A DNA stretch of 64,000 nt from an uncultured bacterium (GTDB taxonomy: Bacteria; Acidobacteriota; HRBIN11; JAKEFK01), in assembly GCA_963777505.1 (NCBI GenBank), contig CAVZQN010000004.1:800001-864000 (forward strand), given 5' to 3'. Below the pieces are notes generated by a model. It had not been told where the DNA came from and ran no database searches. It saw only the letters and a program-made list of their open reading frames with translations. Made by a program: the position numbers and the translations under genes. Below, in pieces: positions 1 through 7,553 of this stretch. Position 1 is the stretch's first letter; every line of letters begins with the position of its first letter.

Positions 1-795
1 CAATTTTGGGCGATTCTCTGATCGCGTTGTCCAGTATCCTGATGCTCGATCCGCGGATTCCATCCGGATCTCTCCGATGCCTTCCAACTGTGGCGCATTC
101 GGGTCCATTGGCCGTTCGCCCTTCCAATAATAGAAGACGCCTGACAACTCCTTTTTCTCCTTAACCGCTTCACTCCAGTATCTGGCTGACAGACTTCCAT
201 TCTCTTGCCAGGAGCGACCGGTCACCTCTAAAGCACCGTCGCGGTTGCGCGAAATCCGCAAGAGGCTTACAGCAGAAGGTTCCGTCGCGGTGCGCTCTGT
301 GAGCGAATACTGCCACCACAGTCCTTCGATGCGGGAGAGGCGTCCTGAATCCTCGATCGCCTTCCGAATTTTTTGGTTAACCACTTTTATTTCTGCTGCG
401 GTCGTTGCTTCGTCGTACCGCACACATGTAAGACCAAGAAGATCGCTTGGAAGCTTAGCGCCTTTCGCATGAAGGATAAAAGTGCGGCGCATTCCGAGGA
501 TTCCTCCAAAAAGGCCGGCTTCAAAGACAACATTGTCTCGCGGAGAGGCTTGACCAGATTCTGGCGGAGGCAAAGCCGTTGTGTTCACGCTCGTCCAGTC
601 GTCGCGGGCAAACACAAATGCCGCGAAGTCGACATCATACGCAATCTCGAGAAGCCGCTCCAACGTAGTTGTCCCTGGATTGAATGATGTTGTCCAGGGT
701 TGAACGTGCGCGACGTCTTCAAGGCCGCGTGTCAGTGCATTCAACAATTTCTCTTGCTTTCCTGACGATCCTAGAAAGATGCGTGGTTTATCCAT
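1..795 (-). CDS. TIR-like domain protein (Cap12/Pycsar-type TIR, PF10137-like) with C-terminal beta-strand-rich domain; 3' end runs off the window
   Basis: Not in ORF track. Hand translation from ATG at 795 (GGAGG RBS at 800-804) is open for 265 codons to base 1: MDKPRIFLGSSGKQ...VDFAAFVFARDD...SPRDNVVFEAGLFGGILG...KLPSDLLGLT...RIEGLWWQYS... Confidence 0.85.
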   Translation of the reverse strand, partial: MDKPRIFLGSSGKQEKLLNALTRGLEDVAHVQPWTTSFNPGTTTLERLLEIAYDVDFAAFVFARDDWTSVNTTALPPPESGQASPRDNVVFEAGLFGGILGMRRTFILHAKGAKLPSDLLGLTCVRYDEATTAAEIKVVNQKIRKAIEDSGRLSRIEGLWWQYSLTERTATEPSAVSLLRISRNRDGALEVTGRSWQENGSLSARYWSEAVKEKKELSGVFYYWKGERPMDPNAPQLEGIGEIRMESADRASGYWTTRSENRPKL

Positions 796-821
796 CCGTC
801 CTCCAAATTGCAGATCGGCTT

Positions 822-1451
822 TTATTTAGGCAGCACTCCTGGGGCAGCCCCAGCGCTAGAAGCCTTTTCTTTTCTCTCCATATCGGCGACCAGATCTTTG
901 GCACCCGCGCCCCATCGGGAGATGGTTCGGAGAGCCTCAGTGAAAGGGATGTCCAGAGGATGCACCCGCCTCCCTTCGATGACATAGACTGTACCTGCAA
1001 GCGGCGTTGGTATCGATGGCACAAAGATCGTGTAACGTCCATCTTCAAACTCCTCAATGATGAATGCGGGGAGAAGACCCTCGTCACCTTCGAATAACGC
1101 CGGTCTCCAAATGTTTTCACGGCTCTCCCCAGCGATCTGCTGTGTGAGACTCCGAAAGAGTGCATAACCCGGGATTCTTTCAAAGAATCTTTTTTCCACC
1201 TTATCACGAACTCTTTTGCCTGTTCGAGTGCGGACGGCGACGCCAACGAGGAAGCATATCAAAAGCACGAAAAGCAGGGACAATGCTGACTCAGCAGGTA
1301 TCCAGTCTGGCAACATCGCGGCGATCGGACGCACAAGGCCCACGATGGATTTCATTCCCTTGAGCAGTAAAAGTACGGCAAGGTAGAGCGGTACAACAAT
1401 GAGCAAGCCGGAAAATAGCGCTCGTACAATGAACACTAGTGCTTTTTTCAT
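822..1451 (-). CDS. DUF502-family membrane protein
   Basis: Two N-terminal TM segments, ERIPGY and FVPSIPTPLAG motifs; GGAGG upstream. Confidence 0.8.
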   Translation of the reverse strand: MKKALVFIVRALFSGLLIVVPLYLAVLLLLKGMKSIVGLVRPIAAMLPDWIPAESALSLLFVLLICFLVGVAVRTRTGKRVRDKVEKRFFERIPGYALFRSLTQQIAGESRENIWRPALFEGDEGLLPAFIIEEFEDGRYTIFVPSIPTPLAGTVYVIEGRRVHPLDIPFTEALRTISRWGAGAKDLVADMERKEKASSAGAAPGVLPK

Positions 1452-1533
1452 AACGGCAACTTCCTCCGTTCTTGATTAAACATTACACAATAAAGCAATG
1501 ATGTGATACCACCTGCGGGTCATTCACCCGCAC

Positions 1534-3285
1534 CTACATTTTTAGTTTCACCTTAATCAGGCCGCGAATCGCATTGCTCACATAAACCTGATCTGCGTTT
1601 TGTACATCGTCCAGAGTCAAAGTTTTTTCGTGAGCATCCCAATTTCCTGATTCAAGCACATATCGCCTGTATGTTCCAGCAAGCAATCCTGATTGCACAG
1701 GTGGTGTATAAAACTTTCCGTTTCTTTCAACAAAAATATTTGAAATGGCTCCTTCAGTAATTTCATCGCGCTCATTCATAAATATGACATCGAAGTGTCC
1801 TTCACTTTTTGCATGCGCATGTTCTTTTTCGTAGAGCGTTCTTGCAGTTGTTTTGTGATATAAAAATCGATCGTTAGAATCCATTCGGTGTTGCGACAAA
1901 GTTACAGTGCATGGCTCATTCAATCGCATGATGTCTTCGGTTTCAATGTGCGCGTCTCCTGATTCATGCAAGATTAACCGCACTCGCGCGTGGCTATGCT
2001 GTGTTCCTATTCCATTCAGCGCGGCTTCGATTGCATCGCGATCAAATTTGAAAAGAAAATATTGTGCGGATCGTTCCAAACGTTCTAAATGAAACTTTAA
2101 GTGACGATATCCTTTTTCAGATTCCCACAAAATCGTTTCAAAGAGGCTGAATTGTGGTTTGGCTTCAGTGAGAAATTGTGCTTTCAACTTGCACTCTTCA
2201 TACTCACGAGTTGCATCGGCTTCGTATAAGATCCCGCTGCCAACTCCCATTTCGAGTTGTCCGGAGACACGATCCAAAGCTATTGTACGGATCGCAACAT
2301 TAAAGACACACTGAGTTGCTGACCACCAGCCGATTGTACCTGTGTAGATACCACGCGGTACTTGTTCGAGTTCATGGATAATTTGCATTGTTCTCAGTTT
2401 TGGCGCGCCCGTTACTGAACCAGATGGAAAAGTCGCCTCAAGGATCCTCGCTACATCTGTTTGTGAGTTGAGTGTTCCTCTCACAGTGGAGGTCATTTGC
2501 AGCAATGTTTCATATTGTTCGATCTCCATAGGCGCAGCAACATGAACGCTGCCGGATTCGCAAATTTTTCCCAGATCGTTACGCAGCAAATCAACAATCA
2601 TAAGATTTTCACTTTGTTCTTTAATGCTGTTGCGCAACGTAGAAGCATTTTCGGCATCTTCTTCAAGAGTTTTCCCGCGGGCTGATGTTCCTTTCATCGG
2701 ACGCATTTCGATTTGTGTTCCATCTTTTCGGAAAAATAGTTCAGGGGAAAAAGAAAGAGCCGCCCATTCCGGCGTTTCAATTAAAGCTGCATAGTTAACT
2801 CGTTGTTGTTGACGCAACCATGCATAGAGATCGCGCGGAGTTCCATCATAAGCTCCGGTATAACGCAGTGTGTAGTTGACTTGATACGTATCGCCCCGCG
2901 CTATGTGAGATTTAATCCTTTGAAGAGCGTCATTATAAGAACTTAGATTTTCATTTAAATGCAGATTGAGGATTTCAGGCTGGCTTTCATTGCCAAAAAA
3001 GCTATGTGGCAACTCGGTTTCAAAATTCTTCGACAATGCAAACCAGAGAAGCGGCAGGCTTGGTTTTCGGGGCTCAGGCAAATTCGGTAAGAATACATAC
3101 CCAGCTTCATAACTTAAGAAACCAAATGCAGTCCAACCTTGCCTGGTATGTTCCTCGATTTCTTTCAGCAGGTATTTGATCTCATCAGGATTATTTGACT
3201 GCACAATTTTCTCGGGTTCACGTACCAGAAAGGTTTGTCTTTCTTGTAAATTCGGACGAAGCGATTCGAGGAGCACAAGAGTCAT
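1534..3285 (-). CDS. pabB: Aminodeoxychorismate synthase component I fused to ADC-lyase/aminotransferase class IV domain (PabB-PabC)
   Basis: GDTYQVN, SPELFF, RPMKGT, ENLMIVDLLRND, PSGSVTGAPK; C-terminal HLERL, HKTT, TEGAISN, GLLAGTYR. Confidence 0.9.
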   Translation of the reverse strand: MTLVLLESLRPNLQERQTFLVREPEKIVQSNNPDEIKYLLKEIEEHTRQGWTAFGFLSYEAGYVFLPNLPEPRKPSLPLLWFALSKNFETELPHSFFGNESQPEILNLHLNENLSSYNDALQRIKSHIARGDTYQVNYTLRYTGAYDGTPRDLYAWLRQQQRVNYAALIETPEWAALSFSPELFFRKDGTQIEMRPMKGTSARGKTLEEDAENASTLRNSIKEQSENLMIVDLLRNDLGKICESGSVHVAAPMEIEQYETLLQMTSTVRGTLNSQTDVARILEATFPSGSVTGAPKLRTMQIIHELEQVPRGIYTGTIGWWSATQCVFNVAIRTIALDRVSGQLEMGVGSGILYEADATREYEECKLKAQFLTEAKPQFSLFETILWESEKGYRHLKFHLERLERSAQYFLFKFDRDAIEAALNGIGTQHSHARVRLILHESGDAHIETEDIMRLNEPCTVTLSQHRMDSNDRFLYHKTTARTLYEKEHAHAKSEGHFDVIFMNERDEITEGAISNIFVERNGKFYTPPVQSGLLAGTYRRYVLESGNWDAHEKTLTLDDVQNADQVYVSNAIRGLIKVKLKM

Positions 3286-3375
3286 AACAACATTTTAACG
3301 CGTAGTTCAATCAGAAACCTGACGAGATATGCGAAATTCTGAAGAAGTGATCGCAGTCAATCGAGGACAGAGACA

Positions 3376-3391
3376 TGGCAAGCCTCTTGCT
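3376..3391 (+). promoter_or_regulatory. sigma54 (-24/-12) promoter candidate
   Basis: TGGCAAGCCTCTTGCT has exact GG-N10-GC spacing, about 47 nt before the OMP start. Confidence 0.65.
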
Positions 3392-3437
3392 GAGGAACAT
3401 AGGCGTGGTTAAGAAGCTAATCACGGAGGGTTTTCGA

Positions 3438-4079
3438 ATGAAGAACATCTTAGTTCTTGCCTTTGTTTTGTTAGTGTCCTTAATTTCGGCTGTTTCTGTG
3501 CAAGCCGAAACAGAAATTTTGATTCATTCCGGATGGTCTTTCGCAAATGCTGAGATGGATTCTGTTCCGTGCATTTTTTGCCGTGATCCTATAATTGTTC
3601 CTCCTTTCACCTTCACAACCGAAGCCGGCAACAGTCCTGTATTCGGCTTCAAGGTTGCGTATTTTCTGAATAACCGGGCGGGCATCGAAGGGGGATTTTC
3701 TATCGCCCCGAATCATACCGTAACCACTTCAAATGTTTTTGAATGCCCGCCCGGTATGATATGTCCATTGGCGCTTTTTCCTTTCTTTCTAAGCGAACAC
3801 AACATGGTTACCTATCAATACGATGCAAATTTTGTCTACAACATACTCACCGGTGATGTGCAGCCGTATATCACAATCGGTGTGGGTGGAATTTCTTCCG
3901 ATCTTGAAACGGATGTGCGAAGTGATTTCGTTTTGAATTATGGTGGCGGCGCCAAATTTTGGTTTAACAAATTTGGATTACGCTTTGAATTAAATGATCA
4001 TGTCATTCCGAACTATTTCCTTACTGAGGAAACAGAACACAACATTCAAGTTCAGTACGGTTTTCTATTCAAGCTTTGA
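3438..4079 (+). CDS. Outer-membrane beta-barrel protein with Cys-containing loops
   Basis: Start re-placed at MKNILVLAF (GGAGGG RBS); signal peptide, PYITIGVGG, NYGGGAKF, C-terminal YGFLFKL. Confidence 0.75.
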   Translation: MKNILVLAFVLLVSLISAVSVQAETEILIHSGWSFANAEMDSVPCIFCRDPIIVPPFTFTTEAGNSPVFGFKVAYFLNNRAGIEGGFSIAPNHTVTTSNVFECPPGMICPLALFPFFLSEHNMVTYQYDANFVYNILTGDVQPYITIGVGGISSDLETDVRSDFVLNYGGGAKFWFNKFGLRFELNDHVIPNYFLTEETEHNIQVQYGFLFKL

Positions 4080-4104
4080 GTCTTTGCGGTAAAAGAAATC
4101 CTTA

Positions 4105-4968
4105 TTAGTCGGATTGAAACATGGAATTCTTTTTTGCGCTAAACGAGCTGAAAGAGATTGCTGTTGGGCCATTCGCGCCGCCTTGAGCGTAAATTCCGAC
4201 TTTACCTTTATGATCCGTAGCATCGACAAATTGGAGGAGAAGCTCATCGTCCAGATAGGCACTCACTAAATCGTCTTCAGTTTTGAGAGCTAATTGATAT
4301 TTAACGTTCTTACGGATTTCTTTTGTTTTTGGAAGTTTTAAGAATCCTGTGAGATCGTACCAGGTCCCGCTTGCATAACCCTGAACGAGATAATTATTCT
4401 TCCCACCAATCATAAACACGTGGAAATTATCTACGCTTGCCGCGCAACAAATAATACCGAAGAGAACATCTTGTTCACCTTCTTTCCATTCAATCGTGCC
4501 TTCAATCGTTGAATTGTCTGAAGCGACGGTATCGTAAATTACAGCATAAAAACTTTTATCGGGTGGGAGAAGTTCCAGGGTGTTGTCTACATATCTCGCT
4601 TTGTTACCAAAGAGTTGTATGTCCTTTTCTATTTGGGGATGAGGCTTTCGAAACGTATCGCGAACAAATACACCTGGCGGAAAGAAATAAAAATATGCTA
4701 CTGCGCCGCCAATTCCGAGCACCAATAAGAATGCGGCAGCTAAAGCGACAATAATTTTTGCTGATCCGCTTTTCGATGGAACTTGAATATTTGGAATACC
4801 ACCGGGTGACAGAGGACCCGAATAAGGTTGATGAGCCGGTTGTTGAGGAAGCGGCTGAGGTGGAGGATCTGGTGGTCTTGGATGAGTTCGATCGACCTGT
4901 TCACGTCCACATGAAATACAAAATCGCGAACCCGGATTGATTGGTTGACTACAATGAATGCAATTCAT
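4105..4968 (-). CDS. Zinc-ribbon, Pro-rich linker, single TM, C-terminal lectin/DUF1080-like beta-sandwich protein
   Basis: CIHC...FCISCG, PPDPPPQP, hydrophobic helix, SAYLDD...GKVGIY. Confidence 0.65.
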   Translation of the reverse strand: MNCIHCSQPINPGSRFCISCGREQVDRTHPRPPDPPPQPLPQQPAHQPYSGPLSPGGIPNIQVPSKSGSAKIIVALAAAFLLVLGIGGAVAYFYFFPPGVFVRDTFRKPHPQIEKDIQLFGNKARYVDNTLELLPPDKSFYAVIYDTVASDNSTIEGTIEWKEGEQDVLFGIICCAASVDNFHVFMIGGKNNYLVQGYASGTWYDLTGFLKLPKTKEIRKNVKYQLALKTEDDLVSAYLDDELLLQFVDATDHKGKVGIYAQGGANGPTAISFSSFSAKKNSMFQSD

Positions 4969-5084
4969 TAGATGAAATCTTAACCGATTGGAAGTAAACC
5001 TCCAAGGAGCCGGGACATATCAAAATTCTGAGGATTATCAACTTTTAGTAGGGTCTATTTTCATGCTTCTCGACGATGAAATGA

Positions 5085-5100
5085 TGGCAAATTGCTTGCA
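5085..5100 (+). promoter_or_regulatory. sigma54 (-24/-12) promoter candidate
   Basis: TGGCAAATTGCTTGCA, exact GG-N10-GC. Confidence 0.65.
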
Positions 5101-5139
5101 AGTGCAAGATTCATCATGAAAAAGGACTATGCAATCAGG

Positions 5140-5544
5140 ATGAGAAAATTGATTTGGTTTTTATTAGGTTCACTTGTCATTTTGCTTCTTGGATGTTCAT
5201 CTGAAAATCCAGCTTTGAATGTGCCTCCGGATGGTCAATATTTTACGGTCCAGGCTGGAAACGATACGTTCGTTATGTTTGTGACCGATGAAGCTTCAAT
5301 CCGTCTTGCTACGGAAAATTTTCAGAGAAAAAACAAAATGTTCCCTTCAGGGCGCATTGAAACAGGACATGGCGGATACAACTGGCCATGGAATTGGCAT
5401 TTTATTCCGCAAAGTGTCCGCATGGTTGAAGTTTCGATTGAAGTTTGTGATGGTGCGCCAAGTTATGTTGAGAAACATGTGAATGATTTTGTGGCGGTGG
5501 GTTACTGCCCTTGGAATGCGAGAGTAATTAAGATCGGTCGTTAG
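5140..5544 (+). CDS. Lipoprotein, BP74 N-terminal-like domain
   Basis: Lipobox LLGC; GYNWPWNWH, SIEVCDGAPSYVE, YCPW motifs; start re-placed at MRKLIWF. Confidence 0.65.
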   Translation: MRKLIWFLLGSLVILLLGCSSENPALNVPPDGQYFTVQAGNDTFVMFVTDEASIRLATENFQRKNKMFPSGRIETGHGGYNWPWNWHFIPQSVRMVEVSIEVCDGAPSYVEKHVNDFVAVGYCPWNARVIKIGR

Positions 5545-5582
5545 TTTTCATTCCGTCAATAGAACTAGGTCCCCCCTAGATG

Positions 5583-5618
5583 GGCCTCCTGACTGGACGC
5601 AGGAGGCCTTTTTCTTTT
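5583..5618 (+). terminator. Intrinsic terminator
   Basis: GGCCTCCTG-actggacg-CAGGAGGCC followed by TTTTTCTTTT. Confidence 0.85.
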
Positions 5619-5626
5619 AGTCCAGT

Positions 5627-5887
5627 TTATTTTGCCAGCCGGCTGAGTCTTGCTTTATGACGTGCCGCAGCATTCTTATGCAAAACACCTTTCTTCACTG
5701 CCTTGTCGATGATCGAATAAGTTTCTGGTAATGACTTTGCGGCTCCGGCTTTATCACCCGATGCTCCAATCGAACGCACCTTTTTCAGTTGCGATTTCAA
5801 TCGCGTCTTATTGGCCTTGTTCCGAGCCTGTGCTTTCTTCGACTGTCGTAAACGTTTCTTCGTTGATAGTGAACTTGCTTTACCCAT
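5627..5887 (-). CDS. rpsT: 30S ribosomal protein S20
   Basis: IDKAVKKGVLHKNAAARHKARL; downstream of holA. Confidence 0.95.
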   Translation of the reverse strand: MGKASSLSTKKRLRQSKKAQARNKANKTRLKSQLKKVRSIGASGDKAGAAKSLPETYSIIDKAVKKGVLHKNAAARHKARLSRLAK

Positions 5888-5969
5888 TTTTACTCCACTT
5901 GAAATTGTTATTAATTCTTGGCGTCATGGCGCCTTGGCGGTTGAGTTCGGAAAAACGGTTAATTTATCA

Positions 5970-7010
5970 TTATTGGAGCGGAACGTCAAAGATAGGCTGC
6001 GGAGGGAGTTTCAGGTTACAAAGCTGAATTGTCATCAATTGTAGAACAGTCTCATCCTTCGCCTGGCTTGTTTTTAGTGCTTTGTCGGCTGTCGATAAAA
6101 TAGCAACCGCCTTTACGAGATCCTGGATCGTGTAACGCGAAAGCTGATTTAGATACCCTCTCAAATAATAAACAGGTTTTCCGATTTTCTTTGAAATTGT
6201 TGCTTCAGGTACTTTTTGCTGAACCATCTCTTTAGTCAAAATCATCTTCTCGTATTGCTTCCCTAGAATCGCTACGCATTTGATTGGCTCTTCGCCGTTT
6301 TCAAGAAGATCATTTAGATATTGAATTGCCGGTTCGGCATTTTGATCCAGAATCGCTTCGGTCCACTGCCAAACCGTGGCAATCGGAGAATGGCCAACCA
6401 TGATTGCAACATCCTCTTCCTTGATCCTTTTTTCCGCACTTCGCAACAACATTAGCTTTTCAAGCTCTCCTGCAATTCTTTGCAAATCATTTCCCGTGCG
6501 TTCTATGAGGGCTTGAGCTGCACCAGAATCGATTTGAAAATTTAAAGTCCGCAAATGACTGTTGATCCAGCTTGGCAATTCCTTTTCGCTTAAAGGAGTA
6601 AATTCCACAATTGTCGTTTTTTTCTCAAGAATTGCTTTCAACTTCGAACGTCCTTCCCATTGATTAACATCAAAGATGAGGAGAGTATTTGGGGATGGAG
6701 AATCGAGATAACGTTCAAGATAGTCCTTCACTTTATTCAATGACTTATCCAGCGCTGCTGCGCCTTTAATATGGACAATCTTCCAATCCGAAAACATTGG
6801 AAGGGTGCTGGCGTCTTCAAGAAATGTGTTGTCCTTCAACTCATCACCTGTGAAGGAACGGTAGTTATATTGTTTCGAATCGGCATCCATGAAGCGTGCC
6901 AACACAGCATCCATAGCGCGATCCTTTAGAAATACTTCCTCACCGAGAAGTGTAATAACTGGAGGAATATTTTTACTTTGTACGGCTTTCAAAAATTCTG
7001 AATATTTCAC
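5970..7010 (-). CDS. holA: DNA polymerase III delta subunit
   Basis: LLGEEVFL, TLPMFS, ELEKL; leuS-lptE-holA-rpsT synteny. Confidence 0.9.
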   Translation of the reverse strand: MKYSEFLKAVQSKNIPPVITLLGEEVFLKDRAMDAVLARFMDADSKQYNYRSFTGDELKDNTFLEDASTLPMFSDWKIVHIKGAAALDKSLNKVKDYLERYLDSPSPNTLLIFDVNQWEGRSKLKAILEKKTTIVEFTPLSEKELPSWINSHLRTLNFQIDSGAAQALIERTGNDLQRIAGELEKLMLLRSAEKRIKEEDVAIMVGHSPIATVWQWTEAILDQNAEPAIQYLNDLLENGEEPIKCVAILGKQYEKMILTKEMVQQKVPEATISKKIGKPVYYLRGYLNQLSRYTIQDLVKAVAILSTADKALKTSQAKDETVLQLMTIQLCNLKLPPQPIFDVPLQ

Positions 7011-7025
7011 TTTGAGTCTTTGCGG

Positions 7026-7541
7026 TTAGAATCCTTCTAAGATGGCGCTGACTATTGACTCCGCAAAATCCCGCGCGATTTCATCTATGGCTTGTGATTG
7101 TCTATCGAAGAATGCAAGTTCACTTTGATCAATTTCGTATTGTCCACGAAATACAAAGCCTGGATTTTGAAAAAGGATCTTTTTTTGAACTTCATCACTA
7201 AACGTAACCTTTGCGGAAATAATAACGTTGTACTCTCTTGCGCGGCCATCCGGATTAAATACAACCGGGACAAGCGATAAGGAATTAATTGTTCCTTTTA
7301 AAACGGCATCTACGTTTTGAGCTTCTGGTTTCACTTCGTACTTTCCGCGTTGAATTAAGACTGTAATCACGCTGCCTGTAATTTTTTGTTCGACTTCATA
7401 TCCTTGAGTGTTGTTCACAAAAATTGGAACACCAATCGTATGAATATGTTCAGGAAGGCTGGTACCGGTTCCAGCCAGATGATAACCACAGCCGTTGAAT
7501 AAAAGAGGCAACAAAATAACCAGGAATAAAATTCTTTTCAT
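7026..7541 (-). CDS. lptE: LPS assembly lipoprotein LptE family
   Basis: Lipobox NGCGYHL; canonical position after leuS. Confidence 0.85.
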   Translation of the reverse strand: MKRILFLVILLPLLFNGCGYHLAGTGTSLPEHIHTIGVPIFVNNTQGYEVEQKITGSVITVLIQRGKYEVKPEAQNVDAVLKGTINSLSLVPVVFNPDGRAREYNVIISAKVTFSDEVQKKILFQNPGFVFRGQYEIDQSELAFFDRQSQAIDEIARDFAESIVSAILEGF

Positions 7542-7553
7542 ATCACCCTAATT

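Noticed and set aside
245-1363. Plus-strand ORFs 245-472, 373-687, 684-1097, 1160-1363 and minus ORF 788-1246
   Set aside because: Shadows of the TIR and DUF502 genes; no motifs
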